A DNA stretch of 64,000 nucleotides from Azolla caroliniana (lineage: Eukaryota; Plantae; Polypodiophyta): positions 2,914,001 to 2,978,000 of the forward strand of contig JBHGNT010000017.1 in the NCBI GenBank assembly GCA_043228905.1, written 5' to 3'. Made by a program: the position numbers and the translations under genes. Within the stretch, counting starts at the first letter, position 1, and each line of letters opens with the position of its first letter. The notes under the pieces are model-generated. The model saw only the letters and a list, made by a program, of their open reading frames with translations. It ran no database searches and was not told where the DNA came from. Positions 1 to 10,997 of the stretch are shown piece after piece.

Positions 1-133
1 TGTTGAATATAGTTCTTTGTGTCTTCTCTCTGTCTCTCCTGCGTATACCGTGTAAGCTCAAGCTCTCCATTGAACCTGAGTTTCCTTCCTTCTGTTCGGT
101 CTTCATACTTGCTTCCGCACGTTACTTTCTACA

Positions 134-145
134 TGGTATTAGAGC
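134..145 (+). other. Primer binding site, tRNA-iMet type (TGGTATTAGAGC, one mismatch to TGGTATCAGAGC)
   Basis: Directly follows LTR end ...TTTCTACA. Confidence 0.85.
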
Positions 146-196
146 GCGAGGGTTGAGAACCTCTCTGCAGCCAACACAGCTTGACGAAGAAGAACG

Positions 197-3100
197 ATGG
201 ATAGAGGCATGGCAAGCTCGCTTCCAACAGAAAAGCTCGACAGAACCAACTACGCGTCTTGGTCCTACAAGATGCACCAGTACTTGCTCGGGCACGGCTA
301 CTGGAGTTATGTCGAAGGAGCTAATGATGCAACACCCGAATCGACACACAGAGACTTCTCGTCGTGGGAGCAATTGGCGAGCAGGGTATTGTACTGCTTC
401 GCGTCGTGTGTGGGCGAACAACTATTGAGCTATGTTCGGGATGCAAAGACGCTGAAGGGTGCGTGGGAAAATCTGAAGAAGATTTTCGCCGCGAGCACCA
501 CAACCAGGAAGCTTCAGCTCCGACAGGAGTTGAGCAACCTACGGCAACGCGACTTGTCGGTGGCGGACTATACCACGAAGATCAAGGATATCTGCGACTC
601 TCTCGCCTCCATAAAGGTGAACATCGAGGAGAGCGAGATGGTCCAGATCTGTCTCGGAGGTTTGGCGTCGAAGTTCGGAGCGTTCCGAACGGCTGTGTGT
701 ACCCGGGAGAATACGCCGTCCTTTTTCGACTTACAGTCGATGCTCCTGGTAGAGGAGAACCACGCGGGTGCGTCAACGAGCATGCACACCGACAACAAGA
801 TGTTGTACACGGAGGGAGAAAGACCCCGTGGTCGTGGCGGACGAGGCGAGTCGGTACGCAATGGAAGCGGCCGACGAGATCAAGGAAGAAGGCACCGAAG
901 TGATGCCGACAGCAACTTCGGAACCTCCGGAAACAGGGGGAGTCGAAGCGATGAGAACCGGCAAGGGAAGGCCATCGTGGAGTGCTGGTACTGTGGCAAG
1001 AAAGGCCACAGGGAAAGTGAGTGCTGGAAGAAGCGCGCCGATTCGGAGAGAACCGGTTCTGGAAACGGCTCTAGACATACCGACAAGGGAAATCAGCAGC
1101 GATCGCACTACGCCGAAGACTCCGAGAGAGCCGGAGAAGGGCCTGCCTTCGTGATGAGACACGAAGCAAACTCAATGAAACAAAGCACCCCGGGATCGGA
1201 CGAGGTGTGGTATGTAGATTCCGGCGCGTCAAACCACATGACGAGCCATAAGGAGTGGTTCTCGTACCTTGAAAAACCGATACAACCTGGAGTAGTCGCA
1301 ACAGGAGACGACACTTCGCATCTGATCACGAATGTCGGAGAAGTTCCCCTTAGCCATGTCGGGCAGAAAGGGAAACTCATGAACGTGCTGCATGTCCCGA
1401 CTTGGTCTCGGTCGGACAGATCGTCGACCAAGGGATGGAGGTTCGGTTTACACACCTCGGGTGCTTCATTGAGGAAGAAGGCCGTGTGATTGCGCAAGGG
1501 CGTAGAGACGGGAGGATGTTCATCCTCGACTCCACTGACGGCGGCACCGCAATGTTCGCGAAGGGACAAAAGACCGAGTCGGACATCGACTTGTGGCACA
1601 AGCGGATAGGCCACGTCAACCACCAACGGCTTCAAGATCTGCAATCGAAACAGGTAGTGTTCGGATTGCCCAAGTTTAGTGGCCGAAAGGCACAAATTTG
1701 TGAAGCTTGCCAGCTCGGGAAGCAACACCGACTTCCTTTCCCCAACGAGCGAAACCGGAGCTGGAACAAGCTCGACCTTATAAACTCCGATGTATGGGGG
1801 GCGGCACAAAACGTTAGTCTTGGCGGGTGCCGATATTTTGTCTCCTTCATCGACGACCACACGCGGCACACGTGGATCTACCTCATTGAGAGGAAGAGCG
1901 AAGTCTTCGACTGTTTCCGGGACCTCAAAGGGTTCGTGGAAGCCAAAACGGGACGAAAGATCAAGTGCCTGCGGTCGGATGGCGGGAAAGAGTACTTTTC
2001 CGGTCAATTCAACGGTTACCTACAACAAATGGGAATTCGCCGCGAATTCAGTTGTAGATACACGCCAGAGCAGAACGGCGTGGCCTAGAGAAAGAATCGG
2101 TCAGTTGTGGAAGCGGTATGGGCAATGCTAGAGGAGAAGAGCTTGCCCAAGTTCTACTGGGCCGAGGCGGTAAGGACCGTGGTATACATCCAAAACCGGA
2201 TCGGAGACAAAGTGTCGACGCGCGAGCTATATTTCGGAACGAAGCCGAACTTGCGACACTTGAGGGTGTTCGGTAGCATTGCGTATGTGCATGTACCGAA
2301 GGAGAAAAGGAGGAAGCTGGACGCAAAGGCCGAGAAATGCATCTTGGTCGGTTACTTGGACGAGCAGAAGGATTATAAGTGCTATAACCCTCGCACCAAA
2401 CAAGCGCGTGTCAGCCGCGACGTTGTGTTTGACGAGTCCGCGTCCTGGTACCTGCCCCCGACTACGAACCTCGACTCCAATCCAAGCTCTGACAATGAGG
2501 TCAGCGAGGCCGAGATGCCTCCGGATGAGCCCGAAATCGAGACCCGCGAAGAGAGTCCGATTTCGCTCCGTTTAAGTGGACCGATTGGACGGCTGAGTCG
2601 GTACGACCAGTCCGATGAAGAGCCGGCGAGTAGTGGAGACTCGGCCGTGCATTCCCCGCGCAGGAAGCCGAGGAGACGGCTTACGCACAAAGAGAAAGGG
2701 AAGAAGAATGTGTCGGATTCCGGCACGGAAAGGAATGAGTCAGACCGACGCGAGTCCGACTCCGAGGGAACCAGTGACAGGTCTTTAAAGATGAAGACCG
2801 TGTCAACCGAGAAGGCCTCGACATCGGCTAATGTGAGATTACACCGATCTACCCGCCAGAAGAATCTTGTTTTGCGGTTCAGATACAATGAGTACATGGC
2901 GCATCATTATGCGTACATGACCCGTGTAGTGGAGCTGCGTGAGCCGGAGAGCTACGCAGAAGCGGCTAAAGACGCGAATTGGCGTGCCGCGATGGAGGAA
3001 GAGATGCACGCATTGGCGGAGAACAAGACCTGGGACCTCGTTGACGCACCAACAGGGGTAAAACCGATCGGGTGTAGATGGGTGTACAAAGTCAAGTACA

Positions 3101-5010
3101 ACACCGATGGCTCGGTCAATCGGTACAAGGCTCGGCTAGTGGCAAAGGGCTACGCGCAGAAACACGACATCGACTACGATGAGACATGTGCGCCGGTCTC
3201 GAAAATGACGACCGTCCGTGTTTTGCTCGCAGTAGCCGCGGCCAAGGGGTGGCACCTACATCAGATGGATGTAAAGAATGCGTTCCTGCAAGGTGACCTT
3301 GAGGAACAGGTGTACATGGTACAACCCCCCGGATTTCACTCTGGAACGAACTCCTCGGCAATATGCCGACTGAAGAAGTCCCTTTACGGACTGAAGCAAG
3401 CCCCGCGTGCCTGGAACGCGAAGATCACACAACAACTGTGTCGGATGGGCTTCGTCACGTCAAAATCAGACTCTTCCCTATTCATCCGGAAAGGTCGACT
3501 CGGACCGGTTAGTATTTTACTGTATGTTGATGACTTGGTCATCACCGGCGCCGACCTAGGTGAAATTGACCGCGTGAAGCTTCAGCTTGCGGCATCGTTC
3601 GACATGAAGGATCTGGGGGACCTTCATTACTTCCTCGGGATCGAAGTGATCCGTACCTCCGAAGGCATATTGATCAGCCAACGTCATTACGTGCTGAGTA
3701 TGCTCTTCAAACTCGGGATGGCCGACTGTAAGTCCATCTCGACTCCTCTGGACAGAACCGTCAAGCTTCGTCCCGATACGGGAAAGGTATGCGACCCGAC
3801 GAGGTTCCGACAAATTGTCGGTAGCCTCATATACTTGACCATCACCCGACCCGACCTCAGTTATCCGGTCGGAGTGATCAGTCAGTTCATGGCGCGACCT
3901 ACCGAGGAGCACCTTCAGTGTGCGGAATGCGTACTTCGGTACGTAAGCGGCACTAAGGACCGCGGACTGCTATATCGGACCGGTGCAGCCACGGAGTTAG
4001 TCGACTACACTGATGCTGATTGGGCTGGCAACGCCGCTGATCGCCGATCCACGTCTGGATACGCGTTCTCCCTCGGGAGTGTCGCGATCGCGTGGAGCAG
4101 TAAGAAGCAGCCGACAGTTGCACTGTCGAGCACCGAAGCCAAGTATCGAGGAGCGGCTGTCGCGACATGCGAAGCCATATGGTTGAAGCGGCTACTTAAG
4201 GACCTGCAAGAGGAGGTGACCGATCCAACGACGATCTACTACGACAACCTCAGCAGCATCCAACTCGCGAAGAACCCCGTCTTCCACGCACGGACCAAGC
4301 ACATTGAGGTGCACTACCATTTCGTCCGTGAGCGTGTCCTTTCCGGTGAAGTCGAACTTCAGTACGTTCCGACGGATCGGCAGGCTGCTGACATCTTCAC
4401 CAAGTCTCTTGGTCTGGACAAGTTGCGGTAATTCTCAGGTGTGCTCGGATTGCGTCACCTTGACGTGCCGAACTTGAGGGGGAGAACAGTCCCGAACGAC
4501 CAAGCAAGGCAGCAGGAAAGGAGCGGACACCGTGACACCGAGTCGGTTGACAAGTTCGACATCGGATCGGCTGAAGAAGCCGAGGGCGGACCCGCGGAAA
4601 AGTTCGGAAGCAGATAGAAGGGGAGCAACTGAAGGAGAGAGCCGAAGCCAACCATGCATGGGGAAGATGACGCCATCGAAGGCGAGAAGACTGAAGACGA
4701 GTTGGAGACAGCCAACTCGGACAAGAGCGAAAACCGATCGGAGGTAGCCGAGTCGGTTCGGATGTTTGATTCAGACACGTTGAATCAACCGAGGCCCAAG
4801 CGGAAGAAAAGGCAGCAGAAGAAGTGTCGACACCGCAACAACAGAAGAGCTGATAAGGGCCGCATGAGCAGACGAGCCGACCGGAAGGGTCGAAGCGCGC
4901 GGAGTCGAACAGGTCGAGGAGCGCGAGCGAGGCGTGAAGCCAGGGGGAACCGGAGCTGTGAGCCCGAGGATCCCGAAGAGCCTCGAGTTGAGCTTGAGGG
5001 GGAGTGTTGA
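197..5010 (+). pseudogene. Copia A gag-pol (disrupted) with C-terminal extension
   Basis: Zinc knuckle CWYCGKKGHRESEC, protease WYVDSGAS, INT WHKRIGH..CEAC..RSDGGKE, RT YVDDLV, RNase H TDADWAG; frameshift near 1400, stops at 2086 and 4429 and two in the extension. Confidence 0.93.
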
Positions 5011-5389
5011 GAGACAAGCTCAACATCGGCCGGTTCGGCTGAAGAAGCCGAGGACCGGATCGGTTGGGACCGATCGGTTAGGCCGAGTGCGTAAACCGGG
5101 AGGTCGTTAGGAAAGATATTTCGTGAGGATTATATTTGGGAGTTAGTGTAGGAGCTCTTGATGAGCATTGAAGTACTGTCAGTACTTCGGTCAGTCCTTC
5201 TAGGACTTGTATAAAAGTGTTCACTGAGCACGTCTTATGTACAGACTGAGTATTATTGTTGAATATAGTTCTTTGTGTCTTCTCTCTATCTCTCCTGCGT
5301 ATACCGTGTAAGCTCAAGCTCTCCATTGAACCTGAGTTTCCTTCCTTTTGTTCGGTCTTCATACTTGCTTCCGCACGTTACTTTCTACA
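5005..5389 (+). repeat. 3' LTR of copia A (385 bp, TG...CA)
   Basis: Repeat of window start; preceded by PPT. Confidence 0.95.
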
Positions 5390-7972
5390 GTTCTCGTTGA
5401 AGGCGTGGAGGGTTTGTGTGTCCTGGTCTTCCGTCGACAATCGAGCCATCTTGAAGAAGTCGAGGGTGACATCTTCATCTTCCGAAACCATGTTACTTCC
5501 GTTTGAAAATCTTGCCCTCGACAGCATGTCAGCCATGGCGTTCTTCTTCCCTGTAATGTGATGGATCTCTAGGTTTAAAGACTTGATGTAGGCGATCCAC
5601 CTTAGCATAGCAAGATCTGGGGTCGCACATCCCGAGACCATTCCGAGAATTGGGAGACAATCTGTTTCTATTATCACTTCTGACCCGATCAGGTAATCTT
5701 TGTCCGTCTTCACTGCCGACACAATACCCCAAAGTTCCCGCTTGACTTGGGCATATCTTTGTTGTCGTTCGCTGAGAACCTTTGCTCCGAACCGGACGGC
5801 ATATCACGCATTATCTTCACCTTCTTGATTGATGACCCACCCGATTCCGGTTGGGCTCGTATCTACGGTCACGTAAATTGGTTTTCCTTCAGCATAGTCA
5901 GCCTTCCTTAGTGCCGGAGCTTCAAGAAGAAGTTTCTTTAATCTTCGCATCGCATTTGTGTGCTCATCTCGCCATTCGAACTTCATTCTTTTCTTTAGTA
6001 GTCCATATAATGGTTCAACGACATGAGCGTAGTGAGGAATCCATATATGATAAAACGCGCACGCTCCAAGGAACCTTCGAACCTCCGTTTGGTTTTCGCA
6101 TTCTTCTTTCATGTCTTGGATTGCATTCACTTTGGATAGCGAGGGCTTCTGGCCGTATGCTCCACACAAGTGACCTACCACCAAGATCTCCGGTAGCCCG
6201 AATGCAGATTTTTCTCCCGAAAATGTCAAATTCGCATCTTCGAGCCTTTGAAGCACCTTCTCACAATCTTTCATATGATCCGCAACGAACTTTCTACAAC
6301 CTTCCTTATCTTTTGATTCATCTTTCTCCTCATCCAAACATCCTTTTATCGGAATATCATCCAAGAATGGCATCGTGATGTCCGGGATGCAATCCTTCAA
6401 GACTTTATTCATGGCATTCACCATATGAGCCACCGAGTTCGTTGTGCCTTGGGGTAAGGTACACATCCGCACAAGCCCGATCGGAGTCCTCATGGTTGTA
6501 TTGTCCCGACTGTCGATCACCAATTGGAATTGGTCATATCCGGAGTAGAGATCGCCAATGGAGTAGATGGACCGGCCTGCAAATGCTTCGGCAAATTCGT
6601 CCACGCTCGGACCGATTCCGGCATTTCGAATTGTCACCTTGTTGACGGGTTGAAGATCTTGGATGAATCGCAATGATCCATTCTTCTTCGGCACCGTGAA
6701 CCACCTATTGGAATAAGGAGCATTCGACGGTTCTAGAATTCCCATACTCACCTTCTCCTTTAAGAGCTCGATCAGCTTCGGAAGGTGCGCTCTCGGAACC
6801 GGTATCGGTTTCAAATTCCAAGGCACATGAGGCACCGTGAAGATCACCATTGGCTCTATAACCTTTGGGTTGGCGCATCCGATTTCTCGTGGGAAGAATG
6901 CGAAAGCCTTACCCATGTCTCTCAAGCATATCGCCAAACATTCGCTCCTCTTCAGGAAGAAGGAAATCCTCCTTTCCAACTTGTAGCTTCCCCTTCGTCT
7001 CTTTGGTGAAGACATGACCTATCTTCTTCGGATCTCTTAAGCTTGGATCGTTAGCGACTTCCTTCATCTTTTGCCAGCTATCTTCCGGTAGCGGGGCCGC
7101 AACTGGCTTGATCTTCTTATCCACCGTTTTATATTTCGTGTTGATGTCAGCTTCCTTCATCGAGATGCCACGACGGTATTCATCGATGATAGCGTACATG
7201 TTGATGGAGTTAACCGAAATCACGCGTTAGTTGTGAAGATAGCTCAAGTCCACGACGACCTCGATTTCGCCGATGCTGTCGTTAAATGAGGCTTCTTCCA
7301 TAATATGAGTCACAAACTCTCCTTCTTCTATTATGTTTTCTTCTTTCAGCATCTTCTCGAATTCTTGTATCCGGCGCTTGTGCTTCTTGTCGGGTAGTAC
7401 TAGTTTACATGCGCCACTAGGTGTGACACATGTTGCTTCTCCTCGCAATCCACGCACTCTTCTTTCTTGTGGGGTCTTGTGATTGCTCGGACTATTTGTG
7501 CCCCATGCTTCAATAGTCCGCTCTAAAAATCCAAGGATTCGCCTCCGAGACTATCTCGATTCCTTTCATGATTGGTTCGCACCGTTAGGAATTGGACCGA
7601 TCTTTGGTTGTCAAGACTCTTTATTCGTGCGAAGGCTGCTCAATTATCGAACACTTTGGTCTCCATCCGAGATGATGTGATATAAGGTTGCCCTAGGATG
7701 ATAGGATGCGACGCCGATTCTTGTACGAAGAAGTGTTGATCCATCTCCACATCCTCGATCGTGACTTTGATATTGGGACAAGATCCGTACAAGTCCTCCG
7801 TAGACTTTGTTGCCGCACGAATCTTCCATCCGTGGTTTGTATTGATTGGCCGCCTTCCTTTTTTGAAGAAGTCGGTTGACATGAGTTTAATCTCCGAGCC
7901 GTGGTCGATCAAGGCTACCACGGTCTCTTTCTTCTCCCCGATCTTCACCGGCGTCTCCGTTGTCGCTTGTGC
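5390..7972 (-). pseudogene. Gypsy pol (protease, RT, RNase H), several frameshifts/stops
   Basis: ORFs 7640-7948, 6909-7223, 5804-7015, 5378-5722 carry consecutive pol motifs. Confidence 0.9.
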
Positions 7973-9727
7973 CTAATGAGGTCGAGTATAGTGACTGTCC
8001 ACCATATCTTCATCGACTTCGTCTCTTGCCATCGTTATGGCATTCGTTTTTGCTTTTTGCGGCTTCTCTTCTTCCTCGTCCGATTGTTGTCTCTTTCTCT
8101 TTACAAGGTCCACGATCGTGTCATGGAACTCCTTCTTCGTGATGCCAAGCAATTCCCTCAAGGACAAAGTTACGTGGCTATCAAGAACTCGTTCTTCAAG
8201 AATCTTCTTTAGGTCAGTCGTCTGCTCTATGTCTGACCTTATCTTATAGGTAGGTATAGTTCTTGTCCTCCGAGCGGGGTCTTCGACACCAACCTTCACG
8301 GGCCGAACCGTTTCTTCAACTCGTATGCTCGGCTCCCCTTTTCGGCTTGATTCTCGTTCCTCCGTTTGTAAAGGTCGACTCGTCTCCGCATCGTCCTTCT
8401 TTTTCGCGTTCCTTGTTTCATGTCTTTTTGATGGGCCTTGCTCTTCTATTCTCTTTCTCTTCTCTTCGACGAACACCTCGTGGTTGTCGCACATCACCTC
8501 TGCGAGTATGGTGTTGTCGTCCACCGGATCCAACCACCCAGTTATGCTTTGCACGCTTCGGTCCGCAAGCTCTACCTCGTTCGATGTGACTTTTCCCTTC
8601 TTCTCATATTCGAGAATGGAAGTCCAAAACTTTGCTCCCGCTCTAGCAACTTCAGTCTTGTCTTTCCCGACTCTTATTCCAGCTGACGCAGCATAGTGCA
8701 TCGCATCCACATGAGTCGTATCGGCATCCTCCATAGATTTCTTCATTCCTCCTCTTCCGAAATTCACCCGTAGGGGTCTTCTAGTCTCGCTTGAGCAGAT
8801 CATGTTGTCCTCTATGTATACGATATTTTGTTGAATCGCCTCTCGAAGGCTCGCACAATCCCTTCTCATGTGGTCCATGTTATCGCACCACACGCATCTA
8901 AAGGGTTCTTTTCCTTTAGGGCCCCGACGATTCATGTTGGCTAGCGTGACCTTCTCGAACTTCTTCGCTAGCTCTTCAATGATGTCGTCATCAATCTTCT
9001 TTTCTTCCACGTTACATTTTCTTGGCGGCTCAGCTACTTTCGGCAGTCTTGCTTTCTCCGTGGTAGTCGATCTCGTCAAGTCGGTGTCATCAACCCATTG
9101 GCGACGCTTGTCGAGCCTATTGCATGCCCGCTTCACCGTGATCCAGTCTGCTACGAGCCCATTTGCTTGGGTATCATCTTCGAGAAGAGTCCCCAACTCC
9201 CATCTATCCTTTATGTCCACGGCCTTCAATAAGTACAAAGTCTTGTCCTCTTCAAGCAACACTTGGTCCATATTGGGGAGACGACTAAACATCTGGTCGA
9301 ATTCGTCGTACACCCTCGAGATGCTCATCTTCTTATTCTTCTTCTCTATCCACTTCATCAGGGCATGTCGAGTCATCCTCGTTGAGTCTTCAGTCACGAA
9401 CTCCGCTAGTATCGTTTTCTCGAACTCAGACCATGTTGTCTTACCTTCTTGAAGCTCGATGACGCGTCTTTGGATGTTGTTGGCGACAACTCTCTTGAAT
9501 CTTACGATTTGACGTGCCTCGGACACGTCCCTTTGATTCATCTCCCTTCTGTATGCATCAAGGAACTTCGTAACGTTCCTTCCATCAAATTGGCCCTCGA
9601 GCTCTACGACACGATCGACAACCTTCTCCACACTCGCGTCGTTGTCCCGAGATCTCATCATTTGCTCGACGATTAGCATCATCCTTTCGAGCTCTCCCAC
9701 TTGGTTGCTTGAGGACGCCATCTCCAA
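7973..9727 (-). CDS. Gypsy Gag (capsid-like region + CCHC knuckle CVWCDNMDHMRRDC)
   Basis: 584-aa ORF after the PBS; its TAG is in frame with the protease region, so probably a mutated TGG in a single gag-pol frame. Confidence 0.85.
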   Translation of the reverse strand: MEMASSSNQVGELERMMLIVEQMMRSRDNDASVEKVVDRVVELEGQFDGRNVTKFLDAYRREMNQRDVSEARQIVRFKRVVANNIQRRVIELQEGKTTWSEFEKTILAEFVTEDSTRMTRHALMKWIEKKNKKMSISRVYDEFDQMFSRLPNMDQVLLEEDKTLYLLKAVDIKDRWELGTLLEDDTQANGLVADWITVKRACNRLDKRRQWVDDTDLTRSTTTEKARLPKVAEPPRKCNVEEKKIDDDIIEELAKKFEKVTLANMNRRGPKGKEPFRCVWCDNMDHMRRDCASLREAIQQNIVYIEDNMICSSETRRPLRVNFGRGGMKKSMEDADTTHVDAMHYAASAGIRVGKDKTEVARAGAKFWTSILEYEKKGKVTSNEVELADRSVQSITGWLDPVDDNTILAEVMCDNHEVFVEEKRKRIEEQGPSKRHETRNAKKKDDAETSRPLQTEERESSRKGEPSIRVEETVRPVKVGVEDPARRTRTIPTYKIRSDIEQTTDLKKILEERVLDSHVTLSLRELLGITKKEFHDTIVDLVKRKRQQSDEEEEKPQKAKTNAITMARDEVDEDMVDSHYTRPH

Positions 9728-9762
9728 GTATTAATCTCGACTTGATCCTTACTACCGCCTCT

Positions 9763-9780
9763 TTCACGTCGGGTTCACCA
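9763..9780 (-). other. PBS TGGTGAACCCGACGTGAA, complementary to 3' end of plant tRNA-Trp(CCA)
   Basis: 18-nt match to ...TTCACGTCGGGTTCACCA (tRNA-Trp end recalled, not searched); identical PBS at 19043, 43789, 55700. Confidence 0.85.
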
Positions 9781-10248
9781 CTTAATTATGTCGTGAAGAT
9801 CCGTCACTACGCGCGGATCGTGAGGCGAAACCGCCGGGGTTCTGGATCGGAAGGATTCAAAGTCGGTACAAGCTTTGGCGCAAGCTTTAGCGAGAAAGTA
9901 CTTACCAAAGATTGGGAAAGAGAGAAGTTGAGATTACACGATTGAGAGAGATTGATTGAACTTTTAACTTTAGATTTAAGAAACAATTACACGATCAATT
10001 TGATAACGAATTTCTTCTTCTTAATTTCATAACAAAAAAACCGTGTTTTTTCTCCTCCCCCCTCCTTCTTTTATAGATGCTCTCATGCATATGATGCATG
10101 TGAGGGTACAAGACATGCATAAAATGCATGTTTGCCATTTGGCGCTTATGTATTACATGTGGTGCATGATAACCATGTCACTCATTTTAGCTCTCATGTA
10201 TGAGAATTTACATGTAAAAGTACAATGATAGAAATATAAATTCAACTA

Positions 10249-10320
10249 AATGTCATGGCTTAATGGTAAGCCAATTGACTCCTAACTCGGAGGTGCAAGG
10301 TTCGAATCCTTACTTGCCCT
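10249..10320 (+). ncRNA. tRNA-like / SINE-head Pol III promoter cassette inside LTR
   Basis: A box TGGCTTAATGG 10256-10266, B box GGTTCGAATCC 10299-10309, D stem GGCTT/AAGCC, T stem AAGG/CCTT; no good acceptor stem. Confidence 0.7.
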
Positions 10321-10359
10321 CCTTGTAAATATATATATTTATATATTTATTTATCTAGT

Positions 10360-10600
10360 CACCGGACGCCAGTTCGTCGGATGCCGTCAGTTACTGGTGC
10401 CTCGCCGGTTGCCGTCAGATACCGGTGCCGCCGCCGGATGCCATTGGTTACCGGTGCCTCGCCGGATGCCATCGTCTCACCGACGTCGGATGCCGCCACC
10501 GGATGCCGTTGGATACCGGTGCCTCACCGGATGCCGTCATCTCACCGACGCCGGTTGCCGTCGGATGTCGGTGTCTCACTGGCGCCGGATCACCGGCTCC
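10360..10600. repeat. Degenerate ~27-28 bp GC-rich tandem repeat in LTR (CCGGATGCCGTCGGTTACCGGTGCCTCG-like)
   Basis: Recurrent CCGGATGCC / ACCGGTGCCTC units; rearranged copy at ~40610-40890. Confidence 0.8.
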
Positions 10601-10997
10601 ATTGTTGGTCCAGTTTTGGTTGGCCAAAACCCTTTACGAGTAGCTAGCCCACCTCCACTCTTAGTTCAAGTTACCTTGAACTCTCTATGCTCCACACATA
10701 GACATAAAGATAATATCTTTTGCTCTACCTTATATATGATGAGAGCCGTATTTGTTGTGCCTATGTGGGATATCTCACAATTTTCTCCTTTCCTTTCACA
10801 AACTTTATACCCTCATATCTTGACATTTAGTTGTCCGTTTCTCGTGTAATAAAGTGCATTCGAAACCTCCATCATTTTGTACTTAGATATTAAATTTATT
10901 TAAAATGTTATCTTCACAATTATTGTATTATGTGATTCATACTCGATTTTGTACGTTTTATGGGATTTTCACACTATTGCCGAAAATCTTCACGATA

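Larger units (their letters stand above)
1..5389 (+). mobile_element. Ty1/copia LTR retrotransposon 'A' (5' LTR cut by window edge), inserted in gypsy pol
   Basis: 1-133 matches 5257-5389 (2 mismatches seen); PBS after the LTR; gag-PR-INT-RT-RH order; PPT GAGGGGGAG before TGTTGA at 5005. Confidence 0.95.
5390..10997 (-). mobile_element. Ty3/gypsy element (5' LTR, Trp-PBS, gag-PR-RT-RH), interrupted by copia A just before integrase
   Basis: Domain order gag, PR (LIDHGSE), RT (PFLDDIPIKG), RH (VTVDTS..ETDC); LTR 9789-10997. Confidence 0.93.
9789..10997 (-). repeat. Gypsy 5' LTR (~1.2 kb) with TGTCGTGAAGAT-type terminal inverted repeats
   Basis: Inverted homologue of solo LTR 40223-41453; outer flank GCGC. 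Confidence 0.92.

Noticed and set aside
5035-5052. CTGAAGA hairpin as hammerhead ribozyme core
   Set aside because: The motif is locked in a simple TCGGCT/AGCCGA stem; no matching GAAA and three-stem arrangement found by eye.
10249-10320. Functional tRNA gene (CCT anticodon-like)
   Set aside because: No convincing acceptor stem and a degenerate anticodon arm; kept only as a tRNA-derived cassette.
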